Shown: positions 49,444 to 60,005, counted from the stretch's first letter. The stretch is 64,000 nucleotides of DNA from Nitrospirota bacterium (GCA_963663225.1 OY760142.1:1792001-1856000), one strand, 5' to 3'. Numbers and translations: made by a program. Notes: generated from the letters alone by a model not told the origin.

Positions 49444-50397
49444 TCAGTACAGCACGTTGAGTGAGAGCTGCTCTTTTCTGAGCAGGTTATGAACAATACG
49501 TTCGATGCAGCGTGACGGACGAGAATACGGATATTCCACGGCGAGCGGCCGTTTGCTTCGTATGGACTGCCAGACGCAATCATCGTATTCAACATAGCCG
49601 AGATATTCGAGATTGATGCCGAAGTATTTATGGCAGGCGCTCTTCATGGCGAATCCGATTTGAATGTCGTTTTTGGTGCGCACCTGGTTCACCACCAGCT
49701 TCGGTTTGAACTTTGCCACTTCAAGTTCGAGGATTTCCCCCACTTCCCGCTCCATCTGCTTGACCCGCTCGATCAAATCGTACGGTGTCCGGATGCCCAT
49801 GCTGTTTTTCTGGTCCATGGCGGCGTCTATCAAGTCTTTGATCCCCTGGTTGCTGACGACGCGTTTAAACCGCCGGTAGAAGGCGCTTTTAATGAAGCGG
49901 TATGCGTTTTCGATGGCCGTGGGTTCCGGCAGCACCACCAGAATACCGTGGTCCGAGAACAGGAAAAAATCCAGAATATTGAAGGAAGTGCCTGCGCCGA
50001 GGTCCAGGAGAATGTAATCCGCGTCCAGGGTCTCGAGATGGCGCAGCAGCCGGGTTTTCTGGGCAAAGTTGGGGTTCGCCGCATCAAGAAAATCCTGCGC
50101 GCCGCTGATGAGGTACAGATTGGGAATGGCTGTTTTAATGACGACATCGTTGATGCTCTCAACCCGGCGGTTCAGAAAGTCTGAGAGCGTGACATCCGGC
50201 ACGCCGATGCCGAGCGTTGTGTGAAGATTTGCCCCGCCGAGGTCAGCGTCAACCAGCAGGACCTTTTTCTTGAATCGGGAGAGAAAGATGCCGACATTGC
50301 CGGTAATCAGGCTTTTGCCGATCCCTCCCTTGCCTCCGCCGATCGCCCAGATTTCCTTTTTTCGCAGTGCGTCCTGCAGTTCCGTGTCTAGCATCAT
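49444..50397 (-). CDS. MinD/FlhG-like ParA-family ATPase
   Basis: GGKGGIGKS deviant Walker A, VDADLGGANL, LDLGAG, PEPTAIENAY. Confidence 0.9.
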   Translation of the reverse strand: MMLDTELQDALRKKEIWAIGGGKGGIGKSLITGNVGIFLSRFKKKVLLVDADLGGANLHTTLGIGVPDVTLSDFLNRRVESINDVVIKTAIPNLYLISGAQDFLDAANPNFAQKTRLLRHLETLDADYILLDLGAGTSFNILDFFLFSDHGILVVLPEPTAIENAYRFIKSAFYRRFKRVVSNQGIKDLIDAAMDQKNSMGIRTPYDLIERVKQMEREVGEILELEVAKFKPKLVVNQVRTKNDIQIGFAMKSACHKYFGINLEYLGYVEYDDCVWQSIRSKRPLAVEYPYSRPSRCIERIVHNLLRKEQLSLNVLY

Positions 50398-51407
50398 CCG
50401 GCGCTGTTCTCCCTGTTTGCGGCCGCGCTCACCGGCTCGGCCTGCGGTGCTTCCGACTCCGCAGCAGCCGGTTCCTCTTCCGGCGCCGCATCCGCGCTTT
50501 CCGGGGATAATTCTTCCATGACCTCTTCACCGGGTTCCAACTCCTGAAATTCCTTCAGAGTCGGAAGCGCGGAAAGATCCCTTAAACCGAAGTACTGGAG
50601 AAATTCCTGGCTTGTGCCGTACAGCATGGGTTTGCCGGGGATGTCTTTTTTCCCGACAATCTTGACGAGACGGCGCTCCATCAGGTTGCGCACGATGCCG
50701 CCGATGTTCACTCCTCTGATGGCTTCAACTTCGGTGCGGGTGATAGGCTGCTTGTACGCGATAATGGCAAGTGTTTCAAGCGCCGGCCGCGACAGTTTGG
50801 ATGATGCCTTTACGGATCTGAATTTTCGTATCCAGCCGGCATTTTCCGGTCTGGTAACGAGCTGGTATCCCCCGGCAACTTCCGCAAGCAGGATGCCGGA
50901 GACCCTTGCGTCATATTCATCCCGCAGCGCTTCAATCTGTGACTCAATTTGATCTTGCGTGAATTCTTCAAAAATGCCCTTGAGGCGGTCCAGGGACAGG
51001 GGAGCAGCTGCGACGAAAAGCAGGGATTCTATCGCTGACTTTAACTGAGGACTGTCCGGAGAAGAAGGCTGGGCCGCGATTTCTGCGGAGACCTCCTGGT
51101 TTTCCAGCGCCTGCAGCAGGGGCTGATCCTGGGGCGTCTCTGCCGCTGTTTGTTCCTGAACAGATTGGAGGGGTTGATTTTCTGCAGCAGGTTCCTGCCT
51201 GGGTTCCTCCTGCTCCGGTTGGACCGGGGCATTGTCCGACGCAGGCTCCTGGTGCTGCTCCTGCGCGGCCTGCGGCTGTGGGTTTTCAGTTGATTTCAGT
51301 TGCTGATCTTCCAAATGTACGGTACCTCGTCTTAATCGCTTTATTAAGGAGTCGGAAATGAAGCCTGAAATATATTGAAAAAATTTTCCTAGGGCTTTAA
51401 AAATCAT
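50394..51407 (-). CDS. scpB: SMC-Scp complex subunit ScpB with long acidic N-terminal extension
   Basis: IESLLF, LSRPALETLAIIAYKQPITR, IRGV, GKPMLYGT..FL.YFGL..L..LP; start uncertain. Confidence 0.93.
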   Translation of the reverse strand: MIFKALGKFFQYISGFISDSLIKRLRRGTVHLEDQQLKSTENPQPQAAQEQHQEPASDNAPVQPEQEEPRQEPAAENQPLQSVQEQTAAETPQDQPLLQALENQEVSAEIAAQPSSPDSPQLKSAIESLLFVAAAPLSLDRLKGIFEEFTQDQIESQIEALRDEYDARVSGILLAEVAGGYQLVTRPENAGWIRKFRSVKASSKLSRPALETLAIIAYKQPITRTEVEAIRGVNIGGIVRNLMERRLVKIVGKKDIPGKPMLYGTSQEFLQYFGLRDLSALPTLKEFQELEPGEEVMEELSPESADAAPEEEPAAAESEAPQAEPVSAAANRENSAG

Positions 51408-51452
51408 CGATAATGAAGAGTATGGCTTGATGAAATAGGGCCCCGGTAAATC

Positions 51453-52211
51453 TTATCCGAACAGGCTCCCTGTTGCTGTATCACGATTCTGCGCATCGGT
51501 TACGGCTTTCATAATTCTGATGGCGCCGAATTCTTCGACTTGAAAAACTTTTACAACCCGTGTTTTGATAAGTTCGAGAGTCGCCAGAAACGTTGCGATC
51601 ACCTGGGGTTTTGTATTGTTTCCTTCAAAAAGATCGGTGAATAATACACTGTCCGCTGCTTCGAGCCGTGCCAGTATCTGGGATATTTTTTCAGTAATGG
51701 AGACGGTATCGGTCGTGACTTCGAATGATACATCAGGAACGCGCGCCATTACGTCCTTGAGCGCCGCCAGAAGATCAAAGAGATGAAAGTCGAACAACAG
51801 CGGCTCATCATCCGCCGGTACGCCGGGGCCGGCATCGGCCGGCCGCGTGTATATCTTCGACCAGGTCTCCTCTTTGTTTTCAAGCGATCCCGCCGCTTCC
51901 TTGAAGCTCTTGTATTCAAGCAGCCTGCGGATCAGTTCGGCACGCGGGTCAACGCCGTCCTCCTCGTTTTCAGGGTTTTCGGAGGGAGGAAGCAGCATTT
52001 TCGATTTAATATGCGTGAGCGTGGAAGCCATTACAAGAAATTCACCGGCAATTTCCATGTCAAGGCTTTTCATTAATTCAAGATATTCCAGATACTGCTG
52101 GGTGATAAGGGCGATGGGGATGGAGTAAATATCGAGTTCGTGTTTCTTGATGAGATGCAGGAGAAGGTCCATGGGGCCTTCGAATATCTCCAGTTTGATC
52201 TGGTATGACAT
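51453..52211 (-). CDS. scpA: Segregation and condensation protein A
   Basis: FEGPMDLLLHLI, EFLVMA..L..IKS..LLP, TFLA.LEL. Confidence 0.95.
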   Translation of the reverse strand: MSYQIKLEIFEGPMDLLLHLIKKHELDIYSIPIALITQQYLEYLELMKSLDMEIAGEFLVMASTLTHIKSKMLLPPSENPENEEDGVDPRAELIRRLLEYKSFKEAAGSLENKEETWSKIYTRPADAGPGVPADDEPLLFDFHLFDLLAALKDVMARVPDVSFEVTTDTVSITEKISQILARLEAADSVLFTDLFEGNNTKPQVIATFLATLELIKTRVVKVFQVEEFGAIRIMKAVTDAQNRDTATGSLFG

Positions 52212-52445
52212 GTACTAAAAAACCTCTCCTTTACAGGTCGTGCTGACACCGGCCTCGGGTGTAATAACAACTGAAAATTAGCCTCATTTCCCCGAAAAGT
52301 CAAGAGAAAAGCTCGTCGCCGGGGATTTTATGCGCTGCGGTCTGGCTGTTTTGTGCGTTTTTGATCACCGGGTGCAGGAAGCGGCGGTTCAGTGACAAGA
52401 AAAGTGTTTACACCGGCGGTGAAGGGCACTAATCTGCGGAATGAT

Positions 52446-54641
52446 TTATCCCAGTACGCTGCCGACCAGCTCTTTTTCAACAAGAGCCAGGGCCTCTTCA
52501 GCCGGCACCGGTTTTGAAGACAGGTATCCCTGCCAGTATTCACATTGCAGAGAGGCTATCTGGTCCAGCTGGGTTTTTGTTTCAATGCCCTCTGCGACGA
52601 CCTGTACCTGCATATCTTTGGCAAGCAGCATGATTGTTTTTACAATCCCCTGGCTTTCTCCGCGGTTGTCCAGTCGCTTGATGAAGGAGCGGTCTATTTT
52701 AAATCCGTTGATCGGCAGACTGTGAAGGTAGCTGAGCGATGAATATCCCGTTCCGAAATCATCAATATAAAGCTGTACGCCAAGTCCCCGCAAGGCATGA
52801 AGCCTGCCCACGATTGTTTCGGGATCTTTTATGATGACATTTTCCGTTATCTCCAGCTTCAGATGCCCGGGCTTGATTCGGGTTTCCCGCAGAACTTTTT
52901 CGACATAATTGACCAGATCGAGTCGGGCCAGCTGCCTGTTGGAAATGTTAACGCTGATGAAATGAAGTGCATCTGGCGGCAGCTGTTGCTGCCAGGCATG
53001 CAATTGGCGGCATGCCTCCCTCAGGACCAGGCGATCTATGGTAACGATGAAGCCCGTTTCTTCTGCGATCGGGATGAAATCCGCGGGGCTGACCATGCCC
53101 CGTTTGGGATGTTGCCAGCGCACCAAGGCTTCAAATCCCACAATGCGGCTGGAAGTGGATGAAACGACAGGCTGATAATAAACGATCAGTTCCCCGCGCT
53201 CGACGGCCTTCCGCAGGTCGGTTTCAAGGTGCATGCGTTCGACTGCGTGGGTGTGCATACCGGCTTCGAATACGACATGTTTTCCCTTGCTGCTTGTTTT
53301 TGCACGATACATGGCGGTATCCGCGTCGCGCAGCATGTGATTGGGGTCGTCGCCGCTCCCGGTATTGAAGGCGATGCCAATGCTTCCGGTAACAAATATT
53401 TCCTGCCCTTTTATAACGAAGGGAGTGGCAACTTCTGTCCCGATGCGCTCTGCAATGGCGATCGCATTTGACTGCGCTTCGATATCTTCGAGAAGAATTG
53501 CAAACTCGTCGCCGCCGAAGCGGGCTACGGTATCCTGCGGCCGGACGCATCGTTCAAGACGTTGTGCAAAAGAAATCAGCAATTGATCCCCTGCATCGTG
53601 GCCGAGGCTGTCGTTGATTATTTTGAAACGGTCCACGTCCAGAAAGAGTACTGCGTAGATGTAATCTGCCCGGCGTTTTGAAATGGTATTGGCATGCCTG
53701 ATCCGGTCCATGAACAAGACCCTGTTCGCGAGACCGGTCAATGAGTCGAAATGGATCTGCGCTTCAGCCGACTTGCGGGCGCTGATCTCGCGCGTCAGTT
53801 TGTCGTTTGCTGCGGACAGTTCTCTTGTTTGTTCTTCGAGTTTGCTGTAATAATCATGCAAGTGGCTTCTCATATATTCAAATGATTGCGCCAGATCAGC
53901 AACTTCATCATTCGTGCGTATTTCGATGGGTGAGTTGTATTTCCCTTCTGTCATGTCGATGGCGGCATTTGTTAAGCGCTCGAGCGGAGAGGTTATTCTT
54001 CTGGAGAGAATGACGATGAGGATGATGCCGAGCAGAACCAGAAAAGTGGTAAATGCGATAGTAGAAACAAGCAGATTGCGAATGCGGTTCTGGAGATCCG
54101 ACTGGGTCAAACCCAGCCGGACATATCCGATGATTTTATGCTGCTGTTTTGCAGGCTTCATTTTTACTGCTGCCTGTGCTGTATCGTCCTGTTCGCCGCT
54201 TGATACCGGATAGAGGATGTCGAAATATTGAGCGCCGGTATTTTTGTCGATCAGATCCTGATGATGAACCTGCACATCGTTTTCGGCGGGAACGAAGGCT
54301 TCCTCAGGGACAACTGTTCCATGCTTAAATACATGCGTGGCGATTACCGAGTGGTTCCGGTTCATAACGGATGCGTAGATAATGTCAGGGTCAGAAGACA
54401 GTTTTTTCAGAACGGAGAGCAGTAATTCGCGGCTTTCCGTGTAAATGCCGAATTCGCAGTTTTTGGCAGTGGCGCTCGCGATCGTGCTGCCGTGAGTCAA
54501 CAGGGTGCTCCGGGAATGCAGGAGCTCCATGTACAGCATGAATACGCAGATGCCTATGGAGGTGACCAGTATTAATGCGATGGTAATAAAGTTGAATTTT
54601 GCGGCAAGAGTAAACCGTTTTTTTGAAATGTGCATGCCCAT
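52446..54641 (-). CDS. Membrane HAMP-GGDEF-EAL protein (intact GGDEF)
   Basis: 2TM, HAMP, RPQD I-site, FGGDEF, EALVRW, DDFGTGYSS, EGIE. Confidence 0.93.
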   Translation of the reverse strand: MGMHISKKRFTLAAKFNFITIALILVTSIGICVFMLYMELLHSRSTLLTHGSTIASATAKNCEFGIYTESRELLLSVLKKLSSDPDIIYASVMNRNHSVIATHVFKHGTVVPEEAFVPAENDVQVHHQDLIDKNTGAQYFDILYPVSSGEQDDTAQAAVKMKPAKQQHKIIGYVRLGLTQSDLQNRIRNLLVSTIAFTTFLVLLGIILIVILSRRITSPLERLTNAAIDMTEGKYNSPIEIRTNDEVADLAQSFEYMRSHLHDYYSKLEEQTRELSAANDKLTREISARKSAEAQIHFDSLTGLANRVLFMDRIRHANTISKRRADYIYAVLFLDVDRFKIINDSLGHDAGDQLLISFAQRLERCVRPQDTVARFGGDEFAILLEDIEAQSNAIAIAERIGTEVATPFVIKGQEIFVTGSIGIAFNTGSGDDPNHMLRDADTAMYRAKTSSKGKHVVFEAGMHTHAVERMHLETDLRKAVERGELIVYYQPVVSSTSSRIVGFEALVRWQHPKRGMVSPADFIPIAEETGFIVTIDRLVLREACRQLHAWQQQLPPDALHFISVNISNRQLARLDLVNYVEKVLRETRIKPGHLKLEITENVIIKDPETIVGRLHALRGLGVQLYIDDFGTGYSSLSYLHSLPINGFKIDRSFIKRLDNRGESQGIVKTIMLLAKDMQVQVVAEGIETKTQLDQIASLQCEYWQGYLSSKPVPAEEALALVEKELVGSVLG

Positions 54642-54649
54642 ATGTTACC

Positions 54650-55618
54650 TCAGTAGAGTCTTCGAGCTTTTTTGGTAATTGCTTCGGGGAGCTCGACTTT
54701 CAAATGTTCGGCGGTATTCATGTTTATGGAATAGAGCACCGTTCGCGGCGGAGCCGGCGGAATATTCTCCGGCCGTGCGCCGTTGAGTATCTGAAGGGCC
54801 ATTTCTCCGCATTGTGCGCCCAGATCCCGGTAATTCCATTCGAGTGCGGAGAATGCGCCTGCTTTCACCCATGCGGGTGAAGGGCCGACAAAAGGAATGT
54901 CGTTCTGAAACGCAAACAAAAGAACGTGCTGGGCAATCTGCGGAGACAAGGCAATCCGGTCTGCCAGGCCCCAGAGCACGTCAGCGTTTTTTGATATGGA
55001 TTGGAGCGCTGCTGGTATGTCTTGCAGCGCATGCACGGGGACTGCGTGAAGGCGCACGCCCCGGCTGTATGCTATCTGTTTTGCATCCTCTATCCGCTGT
55101 TTATTCTCGGCGGGATTATAGATGACGGCTATCGTTTTTGCTTCGGGAAAGAATCGGATGATCCAGCCGAGCTGGATTTCCAGAGGAAATTCAAGCCATA
55201 CTCCCGTGGCATTCGGCATCCGGGAGAAATTATCCTGCCGCAAAACCATGCACGCAACATGTGGCATGTCAACCGCATTTTCGGCCACTGTTTCTGCACC
55301 GGCTGAACCCAGCGTCAGAACCAGCCGAAAACCACCCTGGCTGATTTTGTCCATAAATTGTTCACGCTGGGTCGGAGAGGTCTTGTGTGGAAGAAGGAAG
55401 ATCTCATATTCAACATCACTGTTCTCCTCTTCAAGATATTTCTGGAACCCTGCGAGCCCCTCTTTAAAAGAAGGTTCTGAAGACGTGATGACCACCGCGA
55501 TTCTCATTGCGGCTTCCGAGCCGGACAACAGAACAAACAGCACGGCAGTCGTGGTTGCGACGACCGTCAGAAATATTTTAAAGGACATTTTGCCCATATG
55601 ATTTTTTTTAAAACGCAT
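54650..55618 (-). CDS. ABC-type substrate-binding protein (ABC_sub_bind-like), no permease nearby
   Basis: Signal peptide; NATGV, IAVIYNP, VKAGA, LGAQCGEMA..ILNG..P..IP, IN..TA..L. Confidence 0.8.
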   Translation of the reverse strand: MRFKKNHMGKMSFKIFLTVVATTTAVLFVLLSGSEAAMRIAVVITSSEPSFKEGLAGFQKYLEEENSDVEYEIFLLPHKTSPTQREQFMDKISQGGFRLVLTLGSAGAETVAENAVDMPHVACMVLRQDNFSRMPNATGVWLEFPLEIQLGWIIRFFPEAKTIAVIYNPAENKQRIEDAKQIAYSRGVRLHAVPVHALQDIPAALQSISKNADVLWGLADRIALSPQIAQHVLLFAFQNDIPFVGPSPAWVKAGAFSALEWNYRDLGAQCGEMALQILNGARPENIPPAPPRTVLYSINMNTAEHLKVELPEAITKKARRLY

Positions 55619-57623
55619 ACGTCATCTTCAGCCTGAAACTCCTGCCGTCCTGCATGATGGCGTGCTGCACAAAGTCTGTTGAAACCGGATCGCTGTATCT
55701 GGTATCAAAGAGATTGTAAACACTTGCGGACAGTTCTAGCCCTTTAAGAAACTGCCGGCTGTACACGGTGATGTTGGTAACGTAAAAATCCCGGGTATAA
55801 TCGCCGAATTCCGTCTTCCGTTTGCTGGTGTACCGTTGTTCTATGCCGGCAAAAAGCTTGTTCCGTACAATCGGAACAACGACGTTCAGCTTTGCCAGAT
55901 GTTCAGGCGAGTTGGAAAGGACCTCGTTTGTCCGGGCGTTCGTCGCCTTCTGGATCGTATAATTGATTCTTCCTTCAATGCCGTTTTCCCATTTGTTTTC
56001 CAGCTCGAATTCAGCGCCGAAGGAGCGCGCCTTGTCAAAGTTCTGGAATACTGCCTTGCCGGTCCCGTCATCAACCTGGTTGATGAGATCCTGTATGTTG
56101 TAATAAAAACCGGATACCGTTGCGCGGAAGCCCTCTCCGAGATATTGTTCGAAAACCAGTTCGCATGTCTGCATTTTTTCAGGCTTCAGTTCAGGATTGG
56201 GCACGTTTGTTGAGCTTGCATAGTACAATTCGAACGGTGTTGGTGCCCGAAACGCGGTGCCGAACAGCAGCTTGACGATGCTTTTCGGCAGAGGCGTGTA
56301 CAGCAGGGCCAGCCTCGGATTGATCGTATCTCCGAAGGTGCTGTAATTGTCATATCGCACGCCGGCGGTTACAGTCAGCAGATTTCTTGCAATGATGAAT
56401 TCATCCTGAAGATAGGCTGCCAATACCCGCGAACTTCGCTTGTCGTCCAGCCAGAGATAATAGGGGTTCACATCGTAGGTCGTCTGGTTCTGCTGCACGT
56501 TGTCCGTATACTCGCCCCCCGCGATGATCCGATGATTATCAAAGAAGCGGGAATTGAACTTGATTTCACCGCCCCAGGAGTGGCTGTAAGCCTGGTCCTT
56601 GTTTTGAACTCCTGCGCTGATGTAGCTCCCGTTGTAGTCGTAATAATCGTAATACAGCCTGGCGGTGATGTCCGTTCGCGGCCCCAGAGCGCGTTCATAC
56701 CGCAGATCAAGATACGCGTAATCATCGGTCGCTTTGTTCCCCGGATCGCTGAAATCCGTATTGAATGCACCGGTAGGAATGCCCTTGGTCCTTGATGAAT
56801 AGGCGCCGGACAGCGTAAAATCTTGAAAAGCTATTTTTGAAAAGAAACTGCGGGAGCGGTCATAATCCGTATTGCTCGAATACCCGCCGTTTGCTGCCCG
56901 AGGGTCTGCAAGCGGATTAGCAGGGTCAAACTCGTTGAAGTACAAACGCTGTCCTCTGCTGGTGTAGAAAGATCCGGAGGCGATTATCTCAAGACCGTTC
57001 TGGTAACGGCTGCCGTACGTGATGCGGCTTTTGTAGGTATCGTAACTGCCGGCCTCACCGGAGAGTTCGCCGATTTTCAATGCTTTTCCGCGCCGGGTGA
57101 TGATATTTACGACCGCGAAGACGGCGTTGCTGCCGTACAGGGACGAACCCGGGCCCCGGATGATTTCTACCTGATCGATCAGGTCCACATCAAGGATAAA
57201 ATCCGGTCCGATCGCGGCTGAACCGTAAATTGCATCATTGGTGCGGTGGCCGTCGATGAGCAGCTGGATGCGGTTGTTATAGTCGCTCGGCCGCCCGAAC
57301 CCGCGGACCCCCACGTAGGCGTAGTTGCGGTCATACGTGACATAAAAGCTTCTGACGCTGTTCAGGATGTCCGCAAGAGTCCTGTAGCCGTATTTTTTGA
57401 TATCGTCTGCCGTAACGATGCTGACGGATGAAGGGGCTTCGGTTATCTTCTGCTTGTATTTTGATGCTCCGTAGACAGAGGAAATTTCCTGGAAAAGCAC
57501 GATGTCTTCGCTGTCGGAAGCGATCGGTTCATCCACCGAGGGTTCTGCTGCCTTTGCAGACGGCGAGATGGTCAGAACAGCAAAAACAAGGAGTATGAAC
57601 AGTAACTTATTAAACGCAGACAT
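55608..57623 (-). CDS. TonB-dependent outer membrane receptor
   Basis: Plug APSSVSIVTADDI..GYRTLAD.L..VEIIRGPGSSLYG; LKPE; NLFD..Y; terminal YAF; likely ATG 57623. Confidence 0.93.
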   Translation of the reverse strand: MSAFNKLLFILLVFAVLTISPSAKAAEPSVDEPIASDSEDIVLFQEISSVYGASKYKQKITEAPSSVSIVTADDIKKYGYRTLADILNSVRSFYVTYDRNYAYVGVRGFGRPSDYNNRIQLLIDGHRTNDAIYGSAAIGPDFILDVDLIDQVEIIRGPGSSLYGSNAVFAVVNIITRRGKALKIGELSGEAGSYDTYKSRITYGSRYQNGLEIIASGSFYTSRGQRLYFNEFDPANPLADPRAANGGYSSNTDYDRSRSFFSKIAFQDFTLSGAYSSRTKGIPTGAFNTDFSDPGNKATDDYAYLDLRYERALGPRTDITARLYYDYYDYNGSYISAGVQNKDQAYSHSWGGEIKFNSRFFDNHRIIAGGEYTDNVQQNQTTYDVNPYYLWLDDKRSSRVLAAYLQDEFIIARNLLTVTAGVRYDNYSTFGDTINPRLALLYTPLPKSIVKLLFGTAFRAPTPFELYYASSTNVPNPELKPEKMQTCELVFEQYLGEGFRATVSGFYYNIQDLINQVDDGTGKAVFQNFDKARSFGAEFELENKWENGIEGRINYTIQKATNARTNEVLSNSPEHLAKLNVVVPIVRNKLFAGIEQRYTSKRKTEFGDYTRDFYVTNITVYSRQFLKGLELSASVYNLFDTRYSDPVSTDFVQHAIMQDGRSFRLKMTYAF

Positions 57624-57788
57624 GGTTTTGTTTTTCTCCGCTATCGGTTTTTGAGTATCATAGCCAAGCAATAAAGCTCCACTGCTGTTTTTTTGTGCGG
57701 AATTTCGCACAGGGATTACGGAAAAATGCGCGCAGGACAGGACTGGCTGTCCTTGGTTTTTTCTACGGCAGATTTTTTATCTAATGAG

Positions 57789-60005
57789 CTACACTGTTTG
57801 CTGCTGTTGGGTGTTTTTTTCCAGATCTTTCACGATCAGTTTTCTGGCCTCTTCATCCGGCACCGGTTTTGAGGACAGATATCCCTGCCAGAAATCGCAC
57901 TGTAAGGAACTGATCTGGGCCAGCTGATTCCCCGTTTCAACACCCTCAGCGACAACCTCCACGCGCATGTCTTTGGCAAGCAGCGTGATTGTTTTCACGA
58001 TTTCCTGGTTTTCACCGTTTTTCCCGAGCCGCTTGATGAAGGATCGGTCGATTTTGAAGCCGTTTATCGGCAGACGGTGAAGATAGCTGAGTGATGAATA
58101 TCCCGTTCCGAAATCATCGATGTACAGTTGGACGCCGAGCGTTCGCAGCCGGTGCAGTCTGTCCAGAATGGATTCAGAGTTCTTTATGATGACGTTTTCC
58201 GTGATCTCGAGTTTTAGATATTCGGGTTTGAGGCCGGTCGTCTCCAGGATCCGCTCGACCTGGCTGACCATGTCGGGCTGCGCCATGTGCTCGTTCGAAA
58301 CATTCACGCTGATGAATTGAATCGGGTTGTCCGGCATGCTCAGCTGCCACTCCCGCATCTGGGCACAGGCTGTTTTGAGCACCATGCGGTCGATGGAGAC
58401 GATAAAGCCGGTTTCCTCCGCGATCGGAATAAAATCAGCGGGACTGACCATGCCGCGCTCCGGGTGCTGCCAGCGCACCAATGCTTCAAAACCCACAATC
58501 TGGCCTGTTTGCGAGGATACAATGGGCTGGTAATACACCAGAAATTCCTTGCGTTCCAGGGCAGTGCGGAGATCTGTTTCCAGTTTCATGCGCTCGACTG
58601 CGTGAGCGTGCATGCCGGTTTCGAACACCACATATTTCGTTCCGGTGTTCTGTTTCGCCCGGTACATGGCGACCTCCGCGTCCCGCAGAACCTGATCCGG
58701 ATGTTCGTCCCCCCCGCTGCCGAAGGCGATTCCGATGCTCGCCGTGACGAAAAGCTCGCGGCTGCTCAGGGTCAGGGGCGTTGCGAAATCGGAGCAGATC
58801 CTCTCCGTGATGTAGGTGGCATTCGAAGGAGTTCTGATGTCTTCGAGCAGGACGGCAAACGCGTCTCCGCCGAAGCGCGCGATCGTATCATGAGGCCGCA
58901 GCAATGCCCGGACTCGTTGGCCAAAGGCCCGAAGGAGTTCGTCGCCGACCGTGTGTCCGACACTGTCATTGATGACTTTAAAACGGTCAATGTCCATGAA
59001 CAGCACACCGTAATTATAGTCTTTGCGCCGTTTGGAAAGCATGATCGCGTGTGACAAACGGTCCGTGAGCAAAGCCCTGTTCGGAAGACCGGTGACGGCG
59101 TCATGGAATGCGTCATGCAGGATCTGCTGTTCAGCCATTTTGCGCGCGTTGATTTCCTGGACCAGATTGCTGTTTGACGCTGCCATCTCGCTTGTTTGCT
59201 TTTCGACCAGTTCCCGGTAGGCGCGAAACCGTTCCTGCATATGGTTGAATGATGCAGTAAGGTCGGCAAGTTCGTCATGGGTGCCGGCTTCCAGAGGGGC
59301 ATCAAATTTTCCTTCAGCAATGTCCTGCGACGCTTTCGTAAGACGTTTGAGTGGAGACACCAGCCTGCGCGAAAGCAGGATGGCTACGCCTGTTCCTACA
59401 AGCAGAAGGCAGGCAGTGAACAGCGTAATAGAGAGTATTTTCTGCCGGATGCTGTTTAATACGGCTTCCTGGGTCAGCCCCAATTGCAGGTAACCGATAA
59501 CTTCCGATCCGTTCGCGACGGTTTTCTGAACATGAAATGTGCTTTTGTCGGCTTCGCGCAAAATGGGATGAATAATCTCGACATATCGATGTCCTTTTTC
59601 ATCAACTACATCTCGATGGAACGGCTTGATAATAGAGGTGTTGTCGTTTGGAACGGAATATGCCTGAAGTTCGCGGAGACCATTAATAAAGACCTGGGAA
59701 ACAAGCACGGAGGATTGCCGGTCAATGACTGATACATATGCTATTTCATCGTCCTGGGACAGGTGTTCCAGAATATTGTGCAACCGTGCTTTATTTGCCG
59801 GGTGTGTTGCCGGTGCGCATCTGCTGGCAGTAATGGCGGCATGGGCCACTCCGCGTTTAATAAGATCTTCATAGTGTTCTTTCGCTTCGATCCGCACGAT
59901 AAAAAAACAAATCCCGAGAGAAGTGACCAGTGTTAATACAATGGCTCCCAGACTAAATTTTGCGGCGAGACTGAAACGTTTTGCAAAAGGCCGGATGATA
60001 CTCAT
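57789..60005 (-). CDS. Membrane HAMP-GGDEF-EAL protein (degenerate GGDAF)
   Basis: Paralog of 52446-54641; RPHD I-site, FGGDAF, EALVRW, DDFGTGYSS, EGVE. Confidence 0.93.
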   Translation of the reverse strand: MSIIRPFAKRFSLAAKFSLGAIVLTLVTSLGICFFIVRIEAKEHYEDLIKRGVAHAAITASRCAPATHPANKARLHNILEHLSQDDEIAYVSVIDRQSSVLVSQVFINGLRELQAYSVPNDNTSIIKPFHRDVVDEKGHRYVEIIHPILREADKSTFHVQKTVANGSEVIGYLQLGLTQEAVLNSIRQKILSITLFTACLLLVGTGVAILLSRRLVSPLKRLTKASQDIAEGKFDAPLEAGTHDELADLTASFNHMQERFRAYRELVEKQTSEMAASNSNLVQEINARKMAEQQILHDAFHDAVTGLPNRALLTDRLSHAIMLSKRRKDYNYGVLFMDIDRFKVINDSVGHTVGDELLRAFGQRVRALLRPHDTIARFGGDAFAVLLEDIRTPSNATYITERICSDFATPLTLSSRELFVTASIGIAFGSGGDEHPDQVLRDAEVAMYRAKQNTGTKYVVFETGMHAHAVERMKLETDLRTALERKEFLVYYQPIVSSQTGQIVGFEALVRWQHPERGMVSPADFIPIAEETGFIVSIDRMVLKTACAQMREWQLSMPDNPIQFISVNVSNEHMAQPDMVSQVERILETTGLKPEYLKLEITENVIIKNSESILDRLHRLRTLGVQLYIDDFGTGYSSLSYLHRLPINGFKIDRSFIKRLGKNGENQEIVKTITLLAKDMRVEVVAEGVETGNQLAQISSLQCDFWQGYLSSKPVPDEEARKLIVKDLEKNTQQQQTV

